A DNA stretch of 64,000 bases, taken from an uncultured Chloroflexia bacterium. Its GTDB lineage: Bacteria > Chloroflexota > Limnocylindria > Limnocylindrales > CSP1-4. The stretch's first letter is position 1. Each line of letters opens with the position of its first letter. A model generated the notes under the pieces. That model worked only from the letters and a program-made list of their open reading frames with translations. It made no database searches and was not told the origin of the DNA. The DNA is taken from NCBI GenBank assembly GCA_963713975.1, contig OY970218.1, positions 1,952,001 to 2,016,000 of the forward strand, read 5' to 3'. This document shows positions 38,604 to 46,965 of the stretch, in pieces. Made by a program: the position numbers and the translations under genes.

Positions 38604-39587
38604 ATGGAGTACCGAAGGCTCGGCAGGACAGGGCGCCAGGTCAGCGTCATCGGGTTCGGGGCCTGGGCCATCGGCGGCGACTGGGGAGCGGTGGACGATG
38701 CCGACAGCCTGCGGGCGCTGCATGCCGCCGCGGACGCCGGGGTGGACCTCATCGACACCGCGGATGTCTACGGGGACGGCCGCAGCGAGCGGGTCATCCG
38801 CCGGTTCCTTGCCGAGAGGTCCGGCGAGACCTTCTTCGTCGCCACCAAGATGGGCCGTCGCGTGCCCCTGGACATGGCCGAGTACACACCGGAGGCCTTC
38901 CGGGGCTGGCTGGACCGCAGCCGCGAGAACCTGGGCGTGGAGACGCTGGACCTGGTCCAGCTGCACTGCCTCCATCCGTCCATCTACTACCACCCAGAGA
39001 GCTTTGCGGCACTCGACGAGCTGGTGGCCGGAGGCGTGATCGCGGCCTACGGGGTCAGCGTGGAGAAGGTGGAGGAGGGGCTCAAGGCCATCGAGTTCCC
39101 CGGCGTTGCCACCGTCCAGATCATCTTCAACATGTTCCGCCAGCGGCCCGCAGACCGCTTCCTGGCCGAGGCGGCGCGACGCGACGTCGGGGTGCTGGCC
39201 CGGGTGCCGCTCGCGTCCGGCCTCCTGACGGGCAAGCTCTCCAGCTCGACTCGCTTCGGGCCGGACGACCATCGACTGTTCAACCGCCACGGGGAGTCCT
39301 TCGACGTTGGGGAGACGTTCGCCGGCGTGGACTACGAGACCGGCCTGGCCGTGGCCCAGGATCTCCGGTCGATCGTGCCCGAAGGGGCGACCCTTGCCCA
39401 GGCCGCCCTCCGCTGGATCCTCCAGCACGAGGGGATCACGGCGACGATCCCGGGTGCGAAGACGCCGGAGCAGGCACGTGCGAATGCGGCCGCGGCGGAC
39501 CTTGCACCACTGCCGCCGGCAGCCATGGCTCGCGTGGCCGAGCTCTACGAGGCGAGCATCAAGCCGCTCGTCCACCAGCGCTGGTAG
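38604..39587 (+). CDS. Aldo/keto reductase
   Basis: YRRLGRTG..VS.IGFG, IDTADVYG.GRSE, ATK, LDLVQLH, PLASGLL, IPGAK. Confidence 0.92.
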   Translation: MEYRRLGRTGRQVSVIGFGAWAIGGDWGAVDDADSLRALHAAADAGVDLIDTADVYGDGRSERVIRRFLAERSGETFFVATKMGRRVPLDMAEYTPEAFRGWLDRSRENLGVETLDLVQLHCLHPSIYYHPESFAALDELVAGGVIAAYGVSVEKVEEGLKAIEFPGVATVQIIFNMFRQRPADRFLAEAARRDVGVLARVPLASGLLTGKLSSSTRFGPDDHRLFNRHGESFDVGETFAGVDYETGLAVAQDLRSIVPEGATLAQAALRWILQHEGITATIPGAKTPEQARANAAAADLAPLPPAAMARVAELYEASIKPLVHQRW

Positions 39588-39590
39588 GAG

Positions 39591-40835
39591 ATGCCGCTCA
39601 TGCCATCCGAGGCCACCTACCGCGTCCCCGGGGCCGTCCTCACCGAACGTGAGCACGCCATCCCGCTGGACCACGCCCGTCCCGACGGGCAGTCCATCAC
39701 CGTCTTCAGCCGCGAGGTCGCGGACCCCGACGGCCTGGACCGGCCATACCTGGTGTTCCTGCAGGGCGGCCCAGGCTTCGAGGCGACGCGACCCACGAGC
39801 CCGCCGTCGGGCTGGATGCGGCGCGCACTCGCGGAGTACCGGGTCCTGCTGGTCGACCAGCGGGGGACCGGCCGCTCGACGCCGGTGGGGGAGCGCATTC
39901 CCGGGGCGACGCCCGAGGACCAGGCGGCCTACCTCGCCCACTTCCGCGCCGATGCGATCGTCCGCGACTGCGAGTGGATCCGGCGCGAGCTCGGGGTGGA
40001 GCGCTGGACGTTGCTGGGCCAGAGCTTCGGCGGATTCACCTCGCTCACCTACCTGTCGTTCGCACCCGAGGGGCTGGCCGCCGCGCTGATCACCGGCGGG
40101 CTGTCCCCGGTTGGCCGGCCCGTGGACGATATCTACCGCGCGACCTACGTCCGCGTGCTGGAGGCGAATCGACGCTACTTCGGACGCTACCCGGACGATC
40201 GAGCACGGGTCCGGGAGATCCAGCGGCGGCTGGAGAGCGAGGATCGCCGCCTGCCCTCCGGGGATCGGCTGACCGTGCGCCGCTTCCGCCAACTGGGCAT
40301 GTGGCTGGGTGACAGCGCGGGCTTCGAGCGCCTCCACAACGTCCTGGAGCTGTCCCCGGGGTCACCTGCATTCCTGCACGACGTCGAGGGCGCCGTTGGC
40401 TGGGCTCGCAACCCGATCTACGCGACCCTCCACGAATCCTCATACGCGGACGGCGTGACCACCCGCTGGTCGGCATCGCGCCTGCTCCCCGACGAGGTCG
40501 AGGCCACGGAGGCGTTCACTTCCGAGCACGTGTTCCCGTGGATGTGGGACGAGTGCAGCGGCCTCCAGGGCCATCGTGATGCGGCCCACCTGCTCGCGGA
40601 GCACCCGTGGCCCCGCCTGTACGACGCGGCGGCGCTGGCCGTGAACGAGGTCCCGGTGGCGGCCACGATCTACGTCGATGACGTCTACGTCGAGCGGTCG
40701 TTCGCGGATGAGACTGCGGCGCTCGTCCGGGGGTTGCGACCCTGGATCACGAACGAGTACGCCCACAACGGCCTGCGCGCCGATGGCGAGCGCGTCGTCG
40801 GCCGGCTGATCGACATGGTCAAGGGCCGGGCCTGA
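39591..40835 (+). CDS. Proline iminopeptidase (alpha/beta hydrolase)
   Basis: QGGPG oxyanion motif, DQRGTGRS, GQSFGG nucleophile, YVDDVYV, TNEYAHNGL. Confidence 0.85.
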   Translation: MPLMPSEATYRVPGAVLTEREHAIPLDHARPDGQSITVFSREVADPDGLDRPYLVFLQGGPGFEATRPTSPPSGWMRRALAEYRVLLVDQRGTGRSTPVGERIPGATPEDQAAYLAHFRADAIVRDCEWIRRELGVERWTLLGQSFGGFTSLTYLSFAPEGLAAALITGGLSPVGRPVDDIYRATYVRVLEANRRYFGRYPDDRARVREIQRRLESEDRRLPSGDRLTVRRFRQLGMWLGDSAGFERLHNVLELSPGSPAFLHDVEGAVGWARNPIYATLHESSYADGVTTRWSASRLLPDEVEATEAFTSEHVFPWMWDECSGLQGHRDAAHLLAEHPWPRLYDAAALAVNEVPVAATIYVDDVYVERSFADETAALVRGLRPWITNEYAHNGLRADGERVVGRLIDMVKGRA

Positions 40836-40842
40836 CGCCGCG

Positions 40843-41511
40843 TCAGGGCAGGGGCGTCTCGAGCACGTAGCCCACGTCGCCCGCCGCGGGGCTGGAAGGG
40901 GCCGGGCTGGCAGGATCCGGCGAGGAGTTCTCGAACAGGTACGTGAACTCCGGGCCGTTGTGGCAGATCCAGCAGTTGTCGCCGCGGCCCCGCATCGACT
41001 CGGGCAACGGCGCGTGATCGTCCACGCCGTGGCAGGTCGTGCATGCCTGGCTGCCGCCCATGTGCTCGGGCCGCGGCGCGGGCGCGCTGTTCTCGCCGGC
41101 CTCGACGCGGGTCTGGTGGCAGATCAGGCAATCGTCCTTGTGCAGGCTCGTGTGGCCCGGGGCCGTCTTGACCAGGCTGCCCTCGGTATGGCACGCGGTG
41201 CAGTTGCGCCACCCGGTGAGCGGATGTGCCATCACGGGGATCGGCCGGGTGCCGACCGTGCCCGAGGTCGTCATGTGGCATGCGTTGCAGTTCGCATCGG
41301 CGGGCATCTCGATTCCGACGGGCGCGAGGGCCATCGCCGATCTCGGGCTCGCCGACGGGCGGGGCGCCGGTGTGGGCGACGGTACCGTCGCCGTGGTCTC
41401 GGCCAGATCGGGGACGGCAACCAGGACCAGGAATGTCCCGACGATCAGGATGCCCAGCGTCAGGGTCGCGGCGGCGATGCGGAACGCGTACTTCGCGACG
41501 CTGCGGATCAC
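40843..41511 (-). CDS. Membrane-anchored pentaheme c-type cytochrome
   Basis: N-terminal TM; five CxxCH (CNACH, CTACH, CLICH, CTTCH, CWICH). Confidence 0.88.
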   Translation of the reverse strand: MIRSVAKYAFRIAAATLTLGILIVGTFLVLVAVPDLAETTATVPSPTPAPRPSASPRSAMALAPVGIEMPADANCNACHMTTSGTVGTRPIPVMAHPLTGWRNCTACHTEGSLVKTAPGHTSLHKDDCLICHQTRVEAGENSAPAPRPEHMGGSQACTTCHGVDDHAPLPESMRGRGDNCWICHNGPEFTYLFENSSPDPASPAPSSPAAGDVGYVLETPLP

Positions 41512-42860
41512 GACTCCACCCCCCGCGGGGCCGTGCCCGAGGCGGCCGCCACCCCGAGCTCTCCATCGGCGGCGACCGGTGCCTCATCGTGGTCGTGGTG
41601 CTGCTTGATCCAGGGGAAGGCGAAGAAGACGTGGACGTCACCCTCACCCATGTCCAGGTACCGCTCGGCGAGCGTATAGCCCAGGGCCATGACGGCTCCG
41701 GCGCCGGCCATGATGGCCATCTCCACCGGGGTCGGGACGTAGACCGCGTAGGGGTACGAGACCGTCCCCGCCCCCGCCGTGATCGGCGCGATCTGGCCCG
41801 CCGCGACGAACAGGAATCGGTCGAGCAAGATCCCCACGAGCACGAGCACGCTTGCGGCGAACACCGGTTGAGGCCGGCGGGCGAGCGGCAGGGCGATGAG
41901 GACGGCCGGGATCACCAGGCCCCCGATCACGCGCAGCCAGAACATGGGAGCGAGCGGCCCGCCGACCAGCGCCACGGTGGCCTCGCGCAGCCCTCGGACC
42001 TCGCCACCGAGCCCGACCGCCATCTGGCGGACGAGCAGCGCCCCGACGGCGGCCAGGCCGACCGCCAGCAGGACGCGGACCGAGGGCAGGGCCACGGACG
42101 CCGCGTGCTCGAAGTCCGCCAGCCGCAGCCGGTGGACGAAGTAGAAGACGATGCCCAGGAGCGCCGTCCCCGCGAGGAAGGCCGAGGCAACCATGGTGAT
42201 CGGGGTGAACGGGCCGTCCCAGAACGCCTTCGCGCCGAGGACCCCGAACACGGCGCCCAGCGTCGCGGGGGCGAGGATCGCCACGCAGGCGGCCGCGGTA
42301 CAGGCGTACTGGTGGATCTTGGGGTGATCGGTGAACATGCTCCACACCTCGACCAGGAGCACCACCAGGTACAGGCCGTAGAACACGCCCATCCACCACA
42401 TCGGCGAGCTGGGCGACGGAACGAGCATGGCCCCGAAGACCATCCGCACCGGGTAGTGGAGATCGAGGGCGATGATCAGGAACGCGGTCGACAGCGAGAG
42501 GACCGCCAGGATCGCGTGACGCTTCTCGAACGGTCGGAATCGCTCGATCCCGAACACCGTGCCCAGCGACGAGGCCAGGCACAGGCCGCTGGTCATGATC
42601 GCGAAGAACACGTAGCCGATGATCATCAGCCCCCACTCGAAGGCGGGCGTGGTCCCGAAGACCTCCCAGCCGGGCGGGATGGCGACCACGGCGGCGACGG
42701 CGCCGACCGTGATGATCGCGAGCAGGAAGCCGAGCCACGCCTGGAGGGCGACCGGCATGCTCGAGATCTCGTGGACCAGCGCTCGAGCGGCCGGTCTCGG
42801 GGCCAGCGGCACCTGGTAGTCCAGGACGTGGAGCTCCAGCGGGTGCGTGGTGGCGTGCAT
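41508..42860 (-). CDS. NrfD/PsrC/DsrP family quinol-interacting membrane protein
   Basis: WGLMIIGYVFF, LDLHYPVR, SSPMWWM, TLGAVFG, ASAFLAG, DRFLFV, PTPVE; about 10 TM. Confidence 0.88.
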   Translation of the reverse strand: MHATTHPLELHVLDYQVPLAPRPAARALVHEISSMPVALQAWLGFLLAIITVGAVAAVVAIPPGWEVFGTTPAFEWGLMIIGYVFFAIMTSGLCLASSLGTVFGIERFRPFEKRHAILAVLSLSTAFLIIALDLHYPVRMVFGAMLVPSPSSPMWWMGVFYGLYLVVLLVEVWSMFTDHPKIHQYACTAAACVAILAPATLGAVFGVLGAKAFWDGPFTPITMVASAFLAGTALLGIVFYFVHRLRLADFEHAASVALPSVRVLLAVGLAAVGALLVRQMAVGLGGEVRGLREATVALVGGPLAPMFWLRVIGGLVIPAVLIALPLARRPQPVFAASVLVLVGILLDRFLFVAAGQIAPITAGAGTVSYPYAVYVPTPVEMAIMAGAGAVMALGYTLAERYLDMGEGDVHVFFAFPWIKQHHDHDEAPVAADGELGVAAASGTAPRGVES

Positions 42861-42864
42861 CGCG

Positions 42865-43839
42865 TCAGGCCTCCTCGGTGACCGGGCCGAGGTAGTACAC
42901 GCGGGGATCAGTGCCGTGCTCAGGGCGATACTGCTGCGGCTGCTGCTCGCGCATGATGGTCGCGATCTCGCTGTCGGGGTCCGCCGCGTCGCCGAACTTG
43001 CGGGCTCCCACCGGGCAGACCTCGACGCACGCCGGCTGCTGGCCGCGGGTGATGCGGTGATAGCACCAGGTGCACTTGTCGGCGACGCCCGGCGTGTCGT
43101 TGGGGGCAAGCTCGCCGGCCGGGACGATATAGCGGGCGCCGTAGGGGCAGGCGACGACGCAGTAGCCGCACCCGATGCACCGTCGCGCGTCCACCAGGAT
43201 CACGCCGTCCTCGGTCTTGTACGTGGCGCCGACCGGGCAGACGACGGTGCACGGCGAGTTGGCGCACTGCATGCACAGGCGTGGCATGAAGAACGAGGAC
43301 TCCACCGGCTGGCCGGCGGCGCCGGGCGCCGTGGAGTCGGCCGGGAAGCCGTCGATGCCCCCGTCGGGCGAGTCCACGTAGACGGTGCCGTCGGCCGTGG
43401 TCGTGTGGCGTTCGATCCAGGTACGGGTGTACTCGGGCTCCTTGGGGACGTGGTTCTCTTCCTTGCACGCGGCGACGCACAGCCCGCAGCCGATGCACGA
43501 TGCCGTGTCGACGACGTAGACCCACTGCTTGCCCGTCGGGTCATACGTGATCGGAGCGATCGCGGGTGCCTCGTCGGCGAACACCGGGAAGTAGCTGCCA
43601 AGGGCAGCCGCACCGACGATGCCGCCCGTCACCGCCAGGCCGAAGCCGAGGAACGCGCGGCGGCTGACGGAGGCCTCGCTGATGGCGGGCGCGAGCTCGG
43701 CGAGCGGGACGAGGTCCGCATCGCCTGGCGCCGCGGCCACCGGCTGGGGCACGGCCACCGGCTGGGGCGCGGGCGCCTCCACGGGCGCGCTATCGGAGAC
43801 GCTCTCGGGTACGTCCCGGGGCGTGGGTGCGTCGGTCAT
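42865..43839 (-). CDS. NrfC/DsrO-like 4x[4Fe-4S] protein with Tat signal
   Basis: SRRAFL Tat motif plus hydrophobic helix; CIGCGLCVAAC, CMQC..PC..VCP, CIGCGYCVVACP, CTWC...CVEVCP. Confidence 0.9.
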   Translation of the reverse strand: MTDAPTPRDVPESVSDSAPVEAPAPQPVAVPQPVAAAPGDADLVPLAELAPAISEASVSRRAFLGFGLAVTGGIVGAAALGSYFPVFADEAPAIAPITYDPTGKQWVYVVDTASCIGCGLCVAACKEENHVPKEPEYTRTWIERHTTTADGTVYVDSPDGGIDGFPADSTAPGAAGQPVESSFFMPRLCMQCANSPCTVVCPVGATYKTEDGVILVDARRCIGCGYCVVACPYGARYIVPAGELAPNDTPGVADKCTWCYHRITRGQQPACVEVCPVGARKFGDAADPDSEIATIMREQQPQQYRPEHGTDPRVYYLGPVTEEA

Positions 43840-44534
43840 CCGGACACCTGGCTGTCTTCGGGCGCCAGGACAGGCCCGCGACCGGCGGCGTGGCACTCGA
43901 GGCATCGCTGATCGTCCTCGGAGCCGGCCGGGTGGCGCTGGTTGCGAGCCTTGAACCCCTCGGGACCGTGGCAGGTCAGGCAGGGCGGCAGGTCCTCGAG
44001 CGGGTGCAGCACCACGGGCGGCCGGTTGGCCGTGCCGGCATGCGGCTCGTGGCACTCGAGACAGGAGGACACGTAGTGCTGGGCCGGCACGATCTGCCGG
44101 ATCGCCTCGGGCCTGCCCGTCGCCTGGGTGTGGCAGCGGACGCAGACCTCATCAGTCGGAACGCGCACCTTGACCGACTCGGCGGTGGTGCCCTCGCCGG
44201 CCTCCACGTGCTCGGCCAGCGCACCGTGACAGCTCTGGCAGCCGATGCCCTCGTGGGCGGTCGAGACCAGGCGGATCTGCTCCGTACCGTGGCAGGCGCC
44301 GCAAACGGACGAGCTCGCGTAGGACAGCGGCTGGGCTGCCCACTGCCTGGCGTTGGTGTCGGTGTTGACCGAGTAGTCGAGGTAGGGGTTCCACGCGATC
44401 GCCGCCCCCGCGAACAGCGCGAGCGAGATGGCGGCGCCGCCGGCCACGATGGCAGCGGCAGCCAGGTACCCCCCCCGCCGGGTGCGCGGCCTGACGGAGT
44501 CCCAGATGCGGCGGAGACGCATGGTGATGCTCAC
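43836..44534 (-). CDS. Membrane-anchored hexaheme c-type cytochrome
   Basis: N-terminal TM; six CxxCH (CGACH, CQSCH, CVRCH, CLECH, CLTCH, CLECH). Confidence 0.88.
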   Translation of the reverse strand: MSITMRLRRIWDSVRPRTRRGGYLAAAAIVAGGAAISLALFAGAAIAWNPYLDYSVNTDTNARQWAAQPLSYASSSVCGACHGTEQIRLVSTAHEGIGCQSCHGALAEHVEAGEGTTAESVKVRVPTDEVCVRCHTQATGRPEAIRQIVPAQHYVSSCLECHEPHAGTANRPPVVLHPLEDLPPCLTCHGPEGFKARNQRHPAGSEDDQRCLECHAAGRGPVLAPEDSQVSG

Positions 44535-45247
44535 AGCGTCGATGGGTTCAGGAGGCCGCGCCGGACGGTGTAGCGCAGGAGCTCGACGCGATCGTGCAGG
44601 CCGAGCTTCTCCATGACGTTGGCGCGGTTGTAGTGGACGGTCTGCTCGGACAGCTGCAGCGTCCGCGCGATGTCGCGCGTCGTGTGGCCGAGTGCGGCCA
44701 TCAGGAGGACCTGGCGCTCGCGCTCGCTCAGCGCCTCGTAGGGGTCGTCGAGCGCCGCGTCGGGGCTGCGACGGACGTACGTGTCCACCATGCGGGTGAC
44801 GATGGCGGGACTCACCCAGGTGTGACCGGCGGCCACGCTCCGCACGGCACCCACGAGGTCGTCCTGCTGGGCCTCGCGGGTGAGGAAGCCGTTGGCGCCG
44901 GCCTTGAGCGCGATCGAGAACTGCTCCGTTGCGCAGCGGCAGTCAAGGGCGATGATCTTGGTGTCGGGACAGGCGGCGTGGATCGCCTCGATCACGTCGT
45001 AGGTGCCGCACGCGAAGCCGCCCGCGCTCTCGCACTCCAGGACGATCACGTCGGGGCTGACTGCCCGGGCCTCTTCAGCGATCGCCTCGCGATCCCGAAC
45101 CTCGCCGATGACGCGCATGTCGGGCTCGCGGTCGATGACCGACCGGAGGGCCGAGCTCAGCATCGGGAAGTCGACGACCGCGAGCATCACGCCCAGGCGG
45201 GTGGCATCGGTGGCGCCATCGGACTTCGGCTCGCGCATGGTGGCCAT
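44531..45247 (-). CDS. NarL/LuxR family response regulator with atypical (pseudo-)receiver
   Basis: LSERERQVL...GHTTRDIA..LQLSEQTV...NVMEKL HTH; receiver reads PDVIVLE in place of D. Confidence 0.85.
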   Translation of the reverse strand: MATMREPKSDGATDATRLGVMLAVVDFPMLSSALRSVIDREPDMRVIGEVRDREAIAEEARAVSPDVIVLECESAGGFACGTYDVIEAIHAACPDTKIIALDCRCATEQFSIALKAGANGFLTREAQQDDLVGAVRSVAAGHTWVSPAIVTRMVDTYVRRSPDAALDDPYEALSERERQVLLMAALGHTTRDIARTLQLSEQTVHYNRANVMEKLGLHDRVELLRYTVRRGLLNPSTL

Positions 45248-45258
45248 CGGATGCAGCG

Positions 45259-45597
45259 TCAGTGGGCCTGGGGCCCGGCGTCGGTGTCCTGATGCCGGTT
45301 GCGGACGACGTATGCCCACCCGAACGGCATCGCGATCATGAACACCGCCACCGCGCCGGCGGCCAGGATCGTGGCCTGCGACCCGAAGGTGAAGTAGACG
45401 AGGTTGAGGACCACGAACGCCACCGCGGACCCGCACCACAGCGTCAGGGTGACAAGACCCAGCCAGGCCGCGATCCGCGCGCCACGGCCGCCCTTCGAGC
45501 CCAGGGCAAACCACACGACGAGGGCGACGATCCCCTCAACCAGGAACAACATCGGCACGATGAGCGCAATGCTCTCCGTGAGTTCGTTGATCTGCAT
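45259..45597 (-). CDS. Small membrane protein (about 3 TM)
   Basis: Three hydrophobic segments; GGGAG RBS before ATG 45597. Confidence 0.7.
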   Translation of the reverse strand: MQINELTESIALIVPMLFLVEGIVALVVWFALGSKGGRGARIAAWLGLVTLTLWCGSAVAFVVLNLVYFTFGSQATILAAGAVAVFMIAMPFGWAYVVRNRHQDTDAGPQAH

Positions 45598-45761
45598 TTT
45601 CGAGTGCTCCCGCCGTCCATCGGCTGCCACTTGCAGTCGATGAGGCCATCGTCGGTGACTTGTCCGGCATTCGGCAGATCGCCTCGGCGAGCAGATTCGC
45701 CTCCGGGTGTGCCCAACTGACCCCACGACCATCAGGTGGGATACCAACGCAGGTCGGAATC

Positions 45762-45777
45762 GGCAACGGCCGTTGCC
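45762..45777. promoter_or_regulatory. Perfect 16-bp palindrome (operator or mtnA terminator hairpin)
   Basis: GGCAACGGCCGTTGCC between the mtnA stop and the cytochrome operon. Confidence 0.35.
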
Positions 45778-45798
45778 TGTACCCCTGACGCGCGTTGC

Positions 45799-46809
45799 CT
45801 ATGCTTGCGTCCGGACGGGAACCTCGCCGTGGTCGGTCCGGATCACTCGACTGTCGGTGACGATCGCGGTGATCAGGCCGGCCGGCGTCACGTCGAAGGC
45901 GGGGTTCAGCGTGCGGGTCCCGCCCGGCGCGATGCGGACTCCGCGGACCGAGGTGACCTCCTCGGGCGCTCGCTCCTCGATCTCGATACCGGCCCCATCC
46001 GATGTCGCGGGGTCGATGGTGGTCTCCGGTGCCACCACGATGAACGGGACTCCGGCGTGGTTGGCCGCGAGCGCGAGGGCGAGGCTGCCGACCTTGTTCG
46101 CCGTGTCGCCGTTCGCGGTGATCCGATCCGCTCCGATGAGCACGGCGTCGGCGAAGCCGCGCGCCAGGACGGACGCGGCCGCACCGTCGACGAGCAGGCG
46201 GAACGGGGCGCCCATCCGGACCAGCTCCCACGCGGTCAGCCGGGCGCCCTGGAGTAGTGGCCGCGTCTCCAGCGCGAGCACCTCCTCCAGGATTCCGCGT
46301 GCGTGCAGCTCGCCGACCACGCCCAGGGCCGTGCCGCGCTCGACCGCGGCCAGCGCCCCGGTGTTGCAGATCGTCATCACGCGCGCGTGCGGGCGCGCCA
46401 CCAGCGACCGGACGAGATCGGCACCGCGAGTCGCCATGGCCGTGCAGGCTGCGATGTCCTCGTCCCGGATCGCCAGGGCTTCGGCAAGCACGGCGCCCCG
46501 CCCCTCGTCCAGTCGGGCAAGGACGCGGTCGGTGCCCCAGGCCAGGTTGACGGCGGTCGGTCGGGCGGCACGCAGCCGGGCAGCTCCCTCGCGCACGGCC
46601 GCCGGATCGGTCGGGTGGAGGCCTGCCAGGAGGGCGACGCCCATGCCGCCAGCGACGCCGAGCGCGGGAGCGCCCCGGACGGCAAGGCTGGCAATGGCGG
46701 CGACCAGGTCGTCCAGCGTGGCGATCCGGAGCACGACGAACTCGTCCGGGAGGCGCGTCTGGTCGATGAGGTGGATCTCGCCGGCCACCCAGTCGATGGT
46801 GCGGTTCAC
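45799..46809 (-). CDS. mtnA: S-methyl-5-thioribose-1-phosphate isomerase
   Basis: LIDQTRLP, VRGAPA, RPTAVNL, TICNTGALA, ETRPLLQGARLTAWEL, GADRI..NGDTANKVG, NPAFDVTP. Confidence 0.92.
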   Translation of the reverse strand: MNRTIDWVAGEIHLIDQTRLPDEFVVLRIATLDDLVAAIASLAVRGAPALGVAGGMGVALLAGLHPTDPAAVREGAARLRAARPTAVNLAWGTDRVLARLDEGRGAVLAEALAIRDEDIAACTAMATRGADLVRSLVARPHARVMTICNTGALAAVERGTALGVVGELHARGILEEVLALETRPLLQGARLTAWELVRMGAPFRLLVDGAAASVLARGFADAVLIGADRITANGDTANKVGSLALALAANHAGVPFIVVAPETTIDPATSDGAGIEIEERAPEEVTSVRGVRIAPGGTRTLNPAFDVTPAGLITAIVTDSRVIRTDHGEVPVRTQA

Positions 46810-46965
46810 TCGGCCATCTTCGCAGGTGCGACACAGGGCTGAGCCCTTCGGCCCCCATGCGTCGGTCGCTTTGGCCGTCGGGTGATGGGGCAATCGCGCG
46901 AAGAATGGCGGGGAGCGTCCATCCCTTCGCCGTCCGCCGGCGATCCGACCGAGGGTCCAGCAGCC

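Noticed and set aside
40843-44534. Calling the cytochrome operon nitrite reductase (nrf), Dsr or alternative complex III
   Set aside because: No CxxCK NrfA, no DsrMK, no ActB molybdopterin-like domain and no second NrfD.
45600-45760. c-di-GMP riboswitch in the cytochrome operon leader
   Set aside because: Only a vague GGGCACAC resemblance; the GNRA/receptor and second-stem consensus are not evident.
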